A program made the translations under genes and the position numbers. From assembly GCF_009914755.1 (NCBI RefSeq), contig NC_060928.1: a DNA stretch of 64,000 nucleotides; one strand, given 5' to 3'. Source of the stretch: the human T2T-CHM13v2.0 reference genome, Homo sapiens. Positions 40,401-55,400 of the stretch are shown piece after piece (position 1 is the stretch's first letter; every line of letters begins with the position of its first letter). The notes below the pieces were generated by a model. The model was given only the letters and a program-made list of their open reading frames with translations. It was not told the origin of the DNA and made no database searches.

Positions 40401-43400
40401 TTTGTTTTGATACAGCATTTTGGAAACACTCCTTTTGTAGAATCTGCAGGTGGATATTTGGATAACTTTGAAGATTTCGTTGGAAACCGGAATATCTTCA
40501 TATAAAATCAAGACAGAAGCATTCTCGGAAACATCTCTGTGATGTTTGCATTCAACTCAGTAGAGTTGAACACTTCCTTTCATAGAGCAGGTTTGAAACA
40601 CTCTTTCTGCACTACCTGGAAGCGGACATTTCGAGCGCTTTGAGGCCTATGGTGAAAAAGGAAATATCTTCTCATAAAAACCAGAAAGAAGCATTCTCAG
40701 AAACTTCTTTGTGTTGTGTGTACTCAAGTAACAGTGTTGAACCTTCCTTTTGACACAGCAGTTTTGAAACACTCTTTTGGTAGAATCTGCAAGTGGATAT
40801 TTGGATAGCTTTGAGGATTTCGTTGGAAACGGGTTATCTTCATATAAAATCCAGACAGGAGCATTCTCAGAAACTTCTTTGTGCTGCATGTCCTCAATTC
40901 ACAGAGCTGAACCTTTGTTTGGATACAGCATTTTGGAAACATTCCTTTAGTAGAATCTGCAAGTTGATATTTAGATAGCTTTGAAGATTTCGTTGGAAAC
41001 GGGAATATCTTCATAGAAAATCTAGACGGAAGCATTCTCAGAAACTGCTTTGTGATGTTTGCATTCAAGTCACAGAGTTGAATATTCCCTTTTATAGAGT
41101 AGGTTTGAAACACTCTTTCGGCACTACCTGGAAGTGGATATTTCGAGCTCTTTGAGGCCTATGGTTAAAAGGAAATATCTTCCCATAAAAACTAGACAGA
41201 AGCCGTCTCAGAAACTTGTTTGTGATGTGTGTATTCAACTAACAGAGTTGAACATTTCTGTTACAGAGCAATTTTAAAACACTCTTTTTGTGGAATCTGA
41301 AAGTGGATAATTGGATAGCTTTGTGGATTTCGTTGGAAACGGGATGACGTATAAAATCTAGAGAGAAGCATTCTCAGGAACTTCTTTCTGATGTTTGCAT
41401 TCAAGTCACAGAATTGAACATTCCTTTTCATAGTGCAGGTTTGAAACACTCTTTCTGTAGTATCTGGAAGTGGACATTTCAAGCGCTTTCAGGCCTACGG
41501 GGAGAAAGGAAATATCTTCAAATAAAAACTAGACAGAAGGATTCTCAGAAACTTATTTGTGATGTGTGTCCTAAACGAACACAGTTGAACCTTTGTTTTG
41601 ATACAGCATTTTGGAAACACTCCTTTTGTAGGATCTGCAGGTGGATATTTGGATAGATTTTAAGATTTCGTTGGAAACGGGAGTTTCTTCATAGAAACTC
41701 AAGACAGATGCATTCTCAGAAACATCTCTGTGATGTTTGCATTCCACTCATAGAGTTGAAAACTTCCTTTCATAGAGCAGGTTTGAAACACTCTTTTTGT
41801 AATATTTGGAACTGGACATTTGCAGCACTTTGAGGCCTATGGTGAAAAAGGAAATATCTTCTCATAAAAACCAGAAACAAGCATTCTCAGAAACTTCTTT
41901 TTGATGTGTGTACTCAAGTAACAGAGTTGAACCTTCCTTTTGACACAGCAGTTTTGAAACAATCTTTTTGTAGAATCTGCAAGTGGATATTTGGATAGCT
42001 TTGAGGATTTCGTTGGAAACGGGATATCTTCATATAAAATCTAGACAGAAGCATTCTCAGAAACTTCTTTGTGCTGTATGCCCTCAATTAACAGAGTTGA
42101 ACCATTGCTTGGATACAGCATTTTGGAAACATTCCTTGAGTAGATTCTGCAAGTTGATATTTAGATAGATTTGAAGATTTCATTGGAAAAGGGAATATCT
42201 CCATATAAAATCTAGAGGGAAGCATTCTCAGAAACTGCTTTGTGATGTTTCCATTCAAGTCACAGAGTTGAATATTCCCTTTTATAGAGCACGTTTGAAA
42301 CACTCTTTCTGCACTATCTGGAAGTGGACATTTCGAGCGCTTTGAGGCCTATGGTGAAAAAGGAAATATCTTCCCATAAAAACTAGACAGAAGCATTCTC
42401 AGAAACTTGTTTGTGATGTGTGTATTCAACTAACAGAGTTGAACTTTTGTTTTTACAGAGCCGTTTTAAAACACTCTTTTTGTGGAATCAGAAAGTGGAT
42501 ATTCGGATGGCTCTGAGGATTTCGTTGGAAGCGGGATTACATATAAAATCTAGAGAGAAGCATTCTCAGGAACATCTTTGTGATGTTTGCATTGAAGTCA
42601 CAGAATTGAACATTCACTTTGATAGAGCAGGTTTGAAACACTCATTCTGTAGTATCTGGAAGTGGACATTTCAAGCGCTTTCAGGCCTATGGTGAGAAAG
42701 GAAATATCTTCGAATAAAAGCTAGACAGAAGCATCCTCAGAAACTTATTTGTGATGTGTGTCCTCAACTAACAGAGTTGAAACTTTGTTTTGATACAGCA
42801 TTTTGGAAACACTCTTTTTGTAGAATCTGCAGGTGGATATTTGGATAGCTTAGAGGGATTCGTTGGAAAGGGGATATCTTCATATAAAATCTAGACAGAA
42901 GCATTCTCAGAAACTTATTTGTGATGTGTGTCCTCAACTAACAGAGTTGAACCTTGGTTTTGATACAGCATTTTGGAAACGCTCCTTTTGTAGAATCTGC
43001 AGGTGGATATGTGGATAGCTCTGAAGATTTCGTTGGAAACGGGAATTTCTTCATATAAAATCAAACAGAAGCATTCTCAGAAACTTCTCAGTGATGTTTG
43101 CATTCAGCTCATGGAGTTGAACACTTCCTTTCATAGAACCGGTTTGAAACACTCTTTCTGCACTACCTGGAAGAGGACATTTCGAGCGCTTTGAGTCCTA
43201 TGGTGAAAAAGGAAATATCTTCTCATAAAAACCAGAAAGAAGCATTCTCAGAAACTTCTTTGTGTTGTGTGTACTCATGTAACAGTGTTGAACCATCCTT
43301 TTGACAGAGCAGTTTTGAAACACTCTTTTTGTAGAATCTGCAAGTGGATATTTGGATAGCTTTGAGGATTTCGTTGGAAACGGGATGACATATAATATCT

Positions 43401-46400
43401 AGAGAGAAGCATTCTCAGGAACTTCTTTGTGATGTTTGCATTCAAGTCACAGAATTGAACATTCCCTTTCATAGAGCAGGTTTGAAACACTCTTTCTCTA
43501 GTATCTGGAAGTGGGCATTTCAAGCGCTTTCAGGCCTATGGAGAGAAAGGAAATACCTTCAAATAAAAACTAGACAGAAGCATTCTCAGAAACTTATTTG
43601 TGATGTGTGTCCTCAACTAACAGAGTTGAACCTTTGTTTTGATACAGCATTTTGGAAACACTCCTTTTGTAGAATCTGCAGGTGGATATTTGGATAACTT
43701 TGAAGATTTCGTTGGAAACCGGAATATCTTCATATAAAATCAAGACAGAAGCATTCTCGGAAACATCTCTGTGATGTTTGCATTCAACTCAGTAGAGTTG
43801 AACACTTCCTTTCATAGAGCCGGTTTGAAACACTCTTTCTGCACTACCTGGAAGCGGACATTTCGAGCGCTTTGAGGCCTATGGTGAAAAAGGAAATATC
43901 TTCTCATAAAAACCAGAAAGAAGCATTCTCAGAAACTTCTTTGTGTTGTGTGTACTCAAGTAACAGTGTTGAACCTTCCTTTTGACACAGCAGTTTTGAA
44001 ACACTCTTTTGGTAGAATCTGCAAGTGGATATTTGGATAGCTTTGAGGATTTCGTTGGAAACGGGTTATCTTCATATAAAATCCAGACAGGAGCATTCTC
44101 AGAAACTTCTTTGTGCTGCATGTCCTCAATTCACAGAGCTGAACCTTTGTTTGGATACAGCATTTTGGAAACATTCCTTTAGTAGAATCTGCAAGTTGAT
44201 ATTTAGATAGCTTTGAAGATTTCGTTGGAAACGGGAATATCTTCATAGAACATCTAGACGGAAGCATTCTCAGAAACTGCTTTGTGATGTTTGCATTCAA
44301 GTCACAGAGTTGAATATTCCCTTTTATAGAGTAGGTTTGAAACACTCTTTCGGCACTACCTGGAAGTGGATATTTCGAGCTCTTTGAGGCCTATGGTTAA
44401 AAGGAAATATCTTCCCATAAAAACTAGACAGAAGCCGTCTCAGAAACTTGTTTGTGATGTGTGTATTCAACTAACAGAGTTGAACATTTCTGTTACAGAG
44501 CAATTTTAAAACACTCTTTTTGTGGAATCTGAAAGTGGATAATTGGATAGCTTTGTGGATTTCGTTGGAAACGGGATGACGTATAAAATCTAGAGAGAAG
44601 CATTCTCAGGAACTTCTTTCTGATGTTTGCATTCAAGTCACAGAATTGAACATTCCTTTTCATAGTGCAGGTTTGAAACACTCTTTCTGTAGTATCTGGA
44701 AGTGGACATTTCAAGCGCTTTCAGGCCTACGGGGAGAAAGGAAATATCTTCAAATAAAAACTAGACAGAAGGATTCTCAGAAACTTATTTGTGATGTGTG
44801 TCCTAAACGAACACAGTTGAACCTTTGTTTTGATACAGCATTTTGGAAACACTCCTTTTGTAGGATCTGCAGGTGGATATTTGGATAGATTTTAAGATTT
44901 CGTTGGAAACGGGAGTTTCTTCATAGAAACTCAAGACAGATGCATTCTCAGAAACATCTCTGTGATGTTTGCATTCCACTCATAGAGTTGAAAACTTCCT
45001 TTCATAGAGCAGGTTTGAAACACTCTTTTTGTAATATTTGGAAGTGGACATTTGCAGCGCTTTGAGGCCTATGGTGAAAAAGGAAATATCTTCTCATAAA
45101 AACCAGAAACAAGCATTCTCAGAAACTTCTTTTTGATGTGTGTACTCAAGTAACAGAGTTGAACCTTCCTTTTGACACAGCAGTTTTGAAACAATCTTTT
45201 TGTAGAATCTGCAAGTGGATATTTGGATAGCTTTGAGGATTTCGTTGGAAACGGGATATCTTCATATAAAATCTAGACAGAAGCATTCTCAGAAACTTCT
45301 TTGTGCTGTATGTCCTCAATTAACAGAGTTGAACCATTGCTTGGATACAGCATTTTGGAAACATTCCTTGAGTAGAATCTGCAAGTTGATATTTAGATAG
45401 ATTTGAAGATTTCGTTGGAAAAGGGAATATCTCCATAGAAAATCTAGAGGGAAGCATTCTCAGAAACTGCTTTGTGATGTTTCCATTCAAGTCACAGAGT
45501 TGAATATTCCCTTTTATAGAGCACGTTTGAAACACTCTTTCTGCACTATCTGGAAGTGGACATTTCGAGCGCTTTGAGGCCTATGGTGAAAAAGGAAATA
45601 TCTTCCCATAAAAACTAGACAGAAGCATTCTCAGAAACTTGTTTGTGATGTGTGTATTCAACTAACAGAGTTGAACTTTTGTTTTTACAGAGCCGTTTTA
45701 AAACACTCTTTTTGTGGAATCAGAAAGTGGATATTCGGATGGCTCTGAGGATTTCGTTGGAAGCGGGATTACATATAAAATCTAGAGAGAAGCATTCTCA
45801 GGAACTTCTTTGTGATGTTTGCATTGAAGTCACAGAATTGAACATTCACTTTGATAGAGCAGGTTTGAAACACTCATTCTGTAGTATCTGGAAGTGGACA
45901 TTTCAAGCGCTTTCAGGCCTATGGTGAGAAAGGAAATATCTTCGAATAAAAACTAGACAGAAGCATCCTCAGAAACTTATTTGTGATGTGTGTCCTCAAC
46001 TAACAGAGTTGAAACTTTGTTTTGATACAGCATTTTGGAAACACTCTTTTTGTAGAATCTGCAGGTGGATATTTGGATAGCTTAGAGGGATTCGTTGGAA
46101 AGGGGATATCTTCATATAAAATCTAGACAGAAGCATTCTCAGAAACTTATTTGTGATGTGTGTCCTCAACTAACAGAGTTGAACCTTGGTTTTGATACAG
46201 CATTTTGGAAACACTCCTTTTGTAGAATCTGCAGGTGGATATGTGGATAGCTCTGAAGATTTCGTTGGAAACGGGAATTTCTTCATATAAAATCAAACAG
46301 AAGCATTCTCAGAAACTTCTCAGTGATGTTTGCATTCAGCTCATGGAGTTGAACACTTCCTTTCATAGAGCCGGTTTGAAACACTCTTTCTGCACTACCT

Positions 46401-49400
46401 GGAAGAGGACATTTCGAGCGCTTTGAGTCCTATGGTGAAAAAGGAAATATCTTCTCATAAAAACCAGAAAGAAGCATTCTCAGAAACTTCTTTGTGTTGT
46501 GTGTACTCATGTAACAGTGTTGAACCATCCTTTTGACAGAGCAGTTTTGAAACACTCTTTTTGTAGAATCTGCAAGTGGATATTTGGATAGCTTTGAGGA
46601 TTTCGTTGGAAACGGGATGACATATAATATCTAGAGAGAAGCATTCTCAGGAACTTCTTTGTGATGTTTGCATTCAAGTCACAGAATTGAACATTCCCTT
46701 TCATAGAGCAGGTTTGAAACACTCTTTCTCTAGTATCTGGAAGTGGGCATTTCAAGCGCTTTCAGGCCTATGGAGAGAAAGGAAATACCTTCAAATAAAA
46801 ACTAGACAGAAGCATTCTCAGAAACTTATTTGTGATGTGTGTCCTCAACTAACAGAGTTGAACCTTTGTTTTGATACAGCATTTTGGAAACACTCCTTTT
46901 GTAGAATCTGCAGGTGGATATTTGGATAACTTTGAAGATTTCGTTGGAAACCGGAATATCTTCATATAAAATCAAGACAGAAGCATTCTCGGAAACATCT
47001 CTGTGATGTTTGCATTCAACTCAGTAGAGTTGAACACTTCCTTTCATAGAGCCGGTTTGAAACACTCTTTCTGCACTACCTGGAAGCGGACATTTCGAGC
47101 GCTTTGAGGCCTATGGTGAAAAAGGAAATATCTTCTCATAAAAACCAGAAAGAAGCATTCTCAGAAACTTCTTTGTGTTGTGTGTACTCAAGTAACAGTG
47201 TTGAACCTTCCTTTTGACACAGCAGTTTTGAAACACTCTTTTGGTAGAATCTGCAAGTGGATATTTGGATAGCTTTGAGGATTTCGTTGGAAACGGGTTA
47301 TCTTCATATAAAATCCAGACAGGAGCATTCTCAGAAACTTCTTTGTGCTGCATGTCCTCAATTCACAGAGCTGAACCTTTGTTTGGATACAGCATTTTGG
47401 AAACATTCCTTTAGTAGAATCTGCAAGTTGATATTTAGATAGCTTTGAAGATTTCGTTGGAAACGGGAATATCTTCATAGAAAATCTAGACGGAAGCATT
47501 CTCAGAAACTGCTTTGTGATGTTTGCATTCAAGTCACAGAGTTGAATATTCCCTTTTATAGAGTAGGTTTGAAACACTCTTTCGGCACTACCTGGAAGTG
47601 GATATTTCGAGCTCTTTGAGGCCTATGGTTAAAAGGAAATATCTTCCCATAAAAACTAGACAGAAGCCGTCTCAGAAACTTGTTTGTGATGTGTGTATTC
47701 AACTACCAGAGTTGAACATTTCTGTTACAGAGCAATTTTAAAACACTCTTTTTGTGGAATCTGAAAGTGGATAATTGGATAGCTTTGTGGATTTCGTTGG
47801 AAACGGGATGACGTATAAAATCTAGAGAGAAGCATTCTCAGGAACTTCTTTCTGATGTTTGCATTCAAGTCACAGAATTGAACATTCCTTTTCATAGTGC
47901 AGGTTTGAAACACTCTTTCTGTAGTATCTGGAAGTGGACATTTCAAGCGCTTTCAGGCCTACGGGGAGAAAGGAAATATCTTCAAATAAAAACTAGACAG
48001 AAGGATTCTCAGAAACTTATTTGTGATGTGTGTCCTAAACGAACACAGTTGAACCTTTGTTTTGATACAGCATTTTGGAAACACTCCTTTTGTAGGATCT
48101 GCAGGTGGATATTTGGATAGATTTTAAGATTTCGTTGGAAACGGGAGTTTCTTCATAGAAACTCAAGACAGATGCATTCTCAGAAACATCTCTGTGATGT
48201 TTGCATTCCACTCATAGAGTTGAAAACTTCCTTTCATAGAGCAGGTTTGAAACACTCTTTTTGTAATATTTGGAAGTGGACATTTGCAGCGCTTTGAGGC
48301 CTATGGTGAAAAAGGAAATATCTTCTCATAAAAACCAGAAACAAGCATTCTCAGAAACTTCTTTTTGATGTGTGTACTCAAGTAACAGAGTTGAACCTTC
48401 CTTTTGACACAGCAGTTTTGAAACAATCTTTTTGTAGAATCTGCAAGTGGATATTTGGATAGCTTTGAGGATTTCGTTGGAAACGGGATATCTTCATATA
48501 AAATCTAGACAGAAGCATTCTCAGAAACTTCTTTGTGCTGTATGTCCTCAATTAACAGAGTTGAACCATTGCTTGGATACAGCATTTTGGAAACATTCCT
48601 TGAGTAGAATCTGCAAGTTGATATTTAGATAGATTTGAAGATTTCGTTGGAAAAGGGAATATCTCCATAGAAAATCTAGAGGGAAGCATTCTCAGAAACT
48701 GCTTTGTGATGTTTCCATTCAAGTCACAGAGTTGAATATTCCCTTTTATAGAGCACGTTTGAAACACTCTTTCTGCACTATCTGGAAGTGGACATTTCGA
48801 GCGCTTTGAGGCCTATGGTGAAAAAGGAAATATCTTCCCATAAAAACTAGACAGAAGCATTCTCAGAAACTTGTTTGTGATGTGTGTATTCAACTAACAG
48901 AGTTGAACTTTTGTTTTTACAGAGCCGTTTTAAAACACTCTTTTTGTGGAATCAGAAAGTGGATATTCGGATGGCTCTGAGGATTTCGTTGGAAGCGGGA
49001 TTACATATAAAATCTAGAGAGAAGCATTCTCAGGAACTTCTTTGTGATGTTTGCATTGAAGTCACAGAATTGAACATTCACTTTGATAGAGCAGGTTTGA
49101 AACACTCATTCTGTAGTATCTGGAAGTGGACATTTCAAGCGCTTTCAGGCCTATGGTGAGAAAGGAAATATCTTCGAATAAAAACTAGACAGAAGCATCC
49201 TCAGAAACTTATTTGTGATGTGTGTCCTCAACTAACAGAGTTGAAACTTTGTTTTGATACAGCATTTTGGAAACACTCTTTTTGTAGAATCTGCAGGTGG
49301 ATATTTGGATAGCTTAGAGGGATTCGTTGGAAAGGGGATATCTTCATATAAAATCTAGACAGAAGCATTCTCAGAAACTTATTTGTGATGTGTGTCCTCA

Positions 49401-52400
49401 ACTAACAGAGTTGAACCTTGGTTTTGATACAGCATTTTGGAAACACTCCTTTTGTAGAATCTGCAGGTGGATATGTGGATAGCTCTGAAGATTTCGTTGG
49501 AAACGGGAATTTCTTCATATAAAATCAAACAGAAGCATTCTCAGAAACTTCTCAGTGATGTTTGCATTCAGCTCATGGAGTTGAACACTTCCTTTCATAG
49601 AGCCGGTTTGAAACACTCTTTCTGCACTACCTGGAAGAGGACATTTCGAGCGCTTTGAGTCCTATGGTGAAAAAGGAAATATCTTCTCATAAAAACCAGA
49701 AAGAAGCATTCTCAGAAACTTCTTTGTGTTGTGTGTACTCATGTAACAGTGTTGAACCATCCTTTTGACAGAGCAGTTTTGAAACACTCTTTTTGTAGAA
49801 TCTGCAAGTGGATATTTGGATAGCTTTGAGGATTTCGTTGGAAACGGGATGACATATAATATCTAGAGAGAAGCATTCTCAGGAACTTCTTTGTGATGTT
49901 TGCATTCAAGTCACAGAATTGAACATTCCCTTTCATAGAGCAGGTTTGAAACACTCTTTCTCTAGTATCTGGAAGTGGGCATTTCAAGCGCTTTCAGGCC
50001 TATGGAGAGAAAGGAAATACCTTCAAATAAAAACTAGACAGAAGCATTCTCAGAAACTTATTTGTGATGTGTGTCCTCAACTAACAGAGTTGAACCTTTG
50101 TTTTGATACAGCATTTTGGAAACACTCCTTTTGTAGAATCTGCAGGTGGATATTTGGATAACTTTGAAGATTTCGTTGGAAACCGGAATATCTTCATATA
50201 AAATCAAGACAGAAGCATTCTCGGAAACATCTCTGTGATGTTTGCATTCAACTCAGTAGAGTTGAACACTTCCTTTCATAGAGCCGGTTTGAAACACTCT
50301 TTCTGCACTACCTGGAAGCGGACATTTCGAGCGCTTTGAGGCCTATGGTGAAAAAGGAAATATCTTCTCATAAAAACCAGAAAGAAGCATTCTCAGAAAC
50401 TTCTTTGTGTTGTGTGTACTCAAGTAACAGTGTTGAACCTTCCTTTTGACACAGCAGTTTTGAAACACTCTTTTGGTAGAATCTGCAAGTGGATATTTGG
50501 ATAGCTTTGAGGATTTCGTTGGAAACGGGTTATCTTCATATAAAATCCAGACAGGAGCATTCTCAGAAACTTCTTTGTGCTGCATGTCCTCAATTCACAG
50601 AGCTGAACCTTTGTTTGGATACAGCATTTTGGAAACATTCCTTTAGTAGAATCTGCAAGTTGATATTTAGATAGCTTTGAAGATTTCGTTGGAAACGGGA
50701 ATATCTTCATAGAAAATCTAGACGGAAGCATTCTCAGAAACTGCTTTGTGATGTTTGCATTCAAGTCACAGAGTTGAATATTCCCTTTTATAGAGTAGGT
50801 TTGAAACACTCTTTCGGCACTACCTGGAAGTGGATATTTCGAGCTCTTTGAGGCCTATGGTTAAAAGGAAATATCTTCCCATAAAAACTAGACAGAAGCC
50901 GTCTCAGAAACTTGTTTGTGATGTGTGTATTCAACTACCAGAGTTGAACATTTCTGTTACAGAGCAATTTTAAAACACTCTTTTTGTGGAATCTGAAAGT
51001 GGATAATTGGATAGCTTTGTGGATTTCGTTGGAAACGGGATGACGTATAAAATCTAGAGAGAAGCATTCTCAGGAACTTCTTTCTGATGTTTGCATTCAA
51101 GTCACAGAATTGAACATTCCTTTTCATAGTGCAGGTTTGAAACACTCTTTCTGTAGTATCTGGAAGTGGACATTTCAAGCGCTTTCAGGCCTACGGGGAG
51201 AAAGGAAATATCTTCAAATAAAAACTAGACAGAAGGATTCTCAGAAACTTATTTGTGATGTGTGTCCTAAACGAACACAGTTGAACCTTTGTTTTGATAC
51301 AGCATTTTGGAAACACTCCTTTTGTAGGATCTGCAGGTGGATATTTGGATAGATTTTAAGATTTCGTTGGAAACGGGAGTTTCTTCATAGAAACTCAAGA
51401 CAGATGCATTCTCAGAAACATCTCTGTGATGTTTGCATTCCACTCATAGAGTTGAAAACTTCCTTTCATAGAGCAGGTTTGAAACACTCTTTTTGTAATA
51501 TTTGGAAGTGGACATTTGCAGCGCTTTGAGGCCTATGGTGAAAAAGGAAATATCTTCTCATAAAAACCAGAAACAAGCATTCTCAGAAACTTCTTTTTGA
51601 TGTGTGTACTCAAGTAACAGAGTTGAACCTTCCTTTTGACACAGCAGTTTTGAAACAATCTTTTTGTAGAATCTGCAAGTGGATATTTGGATAGCTTTGA
51701 GGATTTCGTTGGAAACGGGATATCTTCATATAAAATCTAGACAGAAGCATTCTCAGAAACTTCTTTGTGCTGTATGTCCTCAATTAACAGAGTTGAACCA
51801 TTGCTTGGATACAGCATTTTGGAAACATTCCTTGAGTAGAATCTGCAAGTTGATATTTAGATAGATTTGAAGATTTCGTTGGAAAAGGGAATATCTCCAT
51901 AGAAAATCTAGAGGGAAGCATTCTCAGAAACTGCTTTGTGATGTTTCCATTCAAGTCACAGAGTTGAATATTCCCTTTTATAGAGCACGTTTGAAACACT
52001 CTTTCTGCACTATCTGGAAGTGGACATTTCGAGCGCTTTGAGGCCTATGGTGAAAAAGGAAATATCTTCCCATAAAAACTAGACAGAAGCATTCTCAGAA
52101 ACTTGTTTGTGATGTGTGTATTCAACTAACAGAGTTGAACTTTTGTTTTTACAGAGCCGTTTTAAAACACTCTTTTTGTGGAATCAGAAAGTGGATATTC
52201 GGATGGCTCTGAGGATTTCGTTGGAAGCGGGATTACATATAAAATCTAGAGAGAAGCATTCTCAGGAACTTCTTTGTGATGTTTGCATTGAAGTCACAGA
52301 ATTGAACATTCACTTTGATAGAGCAGGTTTGAAACACTCATTCTGTAGTATCTGGAAGTGGACATTTCAAGCGCTTTCAGGCCTATGGTGAGAAAGGAAA

Positions 52401-55400
52401 TATCTTCGAATAAAAACTAGACAGAAGCATCCTCAGAAACTTATTTGTGATGTGTGTCCTCAACTAACAGAGTTGAAACTTTGTTTTGATACAGCATTTT
52501 GGAAACACTCTTTTTGTAGAATCTGCAGGTGGATATTTGGATAGCTTAGAGGGATTCGTTGGAAAGGGGATATCTTCATATAAAATCTAGACAGAAGCAT
52601 TCTCAGAAACTTATTTGTGATGTGTGTCCTCAACTAACAGAGTTGAACCTTGGTTTTGATACAGCATTTTGGAAACACTCCTTTTGTAGAATCTGCAGGT
52701 GGATATGTGGATAGCTCTGAAGATTTCGTTGGAAACGGGAATTTCTTCATATAAAATCAAACAGAAGCATTCTCAGAAACTTCTCAGTGATGTTTGCATT
52801 CAGCTCATGGAGTTGAACACTTCCTTTCATAGAGCCGGTTTGAAACACTCTTTCTGCACTACCTGGAAGAGGACATTTCGAGCGCTTTGAGTCCTATGGT
52901 GAAAAAGGAAATATCTTCTCATAAAAACCAGAAAGAAGCATTCTCAGAAACTTCTTTGTGTTGTGTGTACTCATGTAACAGTGTTGAACCATCCTTTTGA
53001 CAGAGCAGTTTTGAAACACTCTTTTTGTAGAATCTGCAAGTGGATATTTGGATAGCTTTGAGGATTTCGTTGGAAACGGGATGACATATAATATCTAGAG
53101 AGAAGCATTCTCAGGAACTTCTTTGTGATGTTTGCATTCAAGTCACAGAATTGAACATTCCCTTTCATAGAGCAGGTTTGAAACACTCTTTCTCTAGTAT
53201 CTGGAAGTGGGCATTTCAAGCGCTTTCAGGCCTATGGAGAGAAAGGAAATACCTTCAAATAAAAACTAGACAGAAGCATTCTCAGAAACTTATTTGTGAT
53301 GTGTGTCCTCAACTAACAGAGTTGAACCTTTGTTTTGATACAGCATTTTGGAAACACTCCTTTTGTAGAATCTGCAGGTGGATATTTGGATAACTTTGAA
53401 GATTTCGTTGGAAACCGGAATATCTTCATATAAAATCAAGACAGAAGCATTCTCGGAAACATCTCTGTGATGTTTGCATTCAACTCAGTAGAGTTGAACA
53501 CTTCCTTTCATAGAGCCGGTTTGAAACACTCTTTCTGCACTACCTGGAAGCGGACATTTCGAGCGCTTTGAGGCCTATGGTGAAAAAGGAAATATCTTCT
53601 CATAAAAACCAGAAAGAAGCATTCTCAGAAACTTCTTTGTGTTGTGTGTACTCAAGTAACAGTGTTGAACCTTCCTTTTGACACAGCAGTTTTGAAACAC
53701 TCTTTTGGTAGAATCTGCAAGTGGATATTTGGATAGCTTTGAGGATTTCGTTGGAAACGGGTTATCTTCATATAAAATCCAGACAGGAGCATTCTCAGAA
53801 ACTTCTTTGTGCTGCATGTCCTCAATTCACAGAGCTGAACCTTTGTTTGGATACAGCATTTTGGAAACATTCCTTTAGTAGAATCTGCAAGTTGATATTT
53901 AGATAGCTTTGAAGATTTCGTTGGAAACGGGAATATCTTCATAGAAAATCTAGACGGAAGCATTCTCAGAAACTGCTTTGTGATGTTTGCATTCAAGTCA
54001 CAGAGTTGAATATTCCCTTTTATAGAGTAGGTTTGAAACACTCTTTCGGCACTACCTGGAAGTGGATATTTCGAGCTCTTTGAGGCCTATGGTTAAAAGG
54101 AAATATCTTCCCATAAAAACTAGACAGAAGCCGTCTCAGAAACTTGTTTGTGATGTGTGTATTCAACTACCAGAGTTGAACATTTCTGTTACAGAGCAAT
54201 TTTAAAACACTCTTTTTGTGGAATCTGAAAGTGGATAATTGGATAGCTTTGTGGATTTCGTTGGAAACGGGATGACGTATAAAATCTAGAGAGAAGCATT
54301 CTCAGGAACTTCTTTCTGATGTTTGCATTCAAGTCACAGAATTGAACATTCCTTTTCATAGTGCAGGTTTGAAACACTCTTTCTGTAGTATCTGGAAGTG
54401 GACATTTCAAGCGCTTTCAGGCCTACGGGGAGAAAGGAAATATCTTCAAATAAAAACTAGACAGAAGGATTCTCAGAAACTTATTTGTGATGTGTGTCCT
54501 AAACGAACACAGTTGAACCTTTGTTTTGATACAGCATTTTGGAAACACTCCTTTTGTAGGATCTGCAGGTGGATATTTGGATAGATTTTAAGATTTCGTT
54601 GGAAACGGGAGTTTCTTCATAGAAACTCAAGACAGATGCATTCTCAGAAACATCTCTGTGATGTTTGCATTCCACTCATAGAGTTGAAAACTTCCTTTCA
54701 TAGAGCAGGTTTGAAACACTCTTTTTGTAATATTTGGAAGTGGACATTTGCAGCGCTTTGAGGCCTATGGTGAAAAAGGAAATATCTTCTCATAAAAACC
54801 AGAAACAAGCATTCTCAGAAACTTCTTTTTGATGTGTGTACTCAAGTAACAGAGTTGAACCTTCCTTTTGACACAGCAGTTTTGAAACAATCTTTTTGTA
54901 GAATCTGCAAGTGGATATTTGGATAGCTTTGAGGATTTCGTTGGAAACGGGATATCTTCATATAAAATCTAGACAGAAGCATTCTCAGAAACTTCTTTGT
55001 GCTGTATGTCCTCAATTAACAGAGTTGAACCATTGCTTGGATACAGCATTTTGGAAACATTCCTTGAGTAGAATCTGCAAGTTGATATTTAGATAGATTT
55101 GAAGATTTCGTTGGAAAAGGGAATATCTCCATAGAAAATCTAGAGGGAAGCATTCTCAGAAACTGCTTTGTGATGTTTCCATTCAAGTCACAGAGTTGAA
55201 TATTCCCTTTTATAGAGCACGTTTGAAACACTCTTTCTGCACTATCTGGAAGTGGACATTTCGAGCGCTTTGAGGCCTATGGTGAAAAAGGAAATATCTT
55301 CCCATAAAAACTAGACAGAAGCATTCTCAGAAACTTGTTTGTGATGTGTGTATTCAACTAACAGAGTTGAACTTTTGTTTTTACAGAGCCGTTTTAAAAC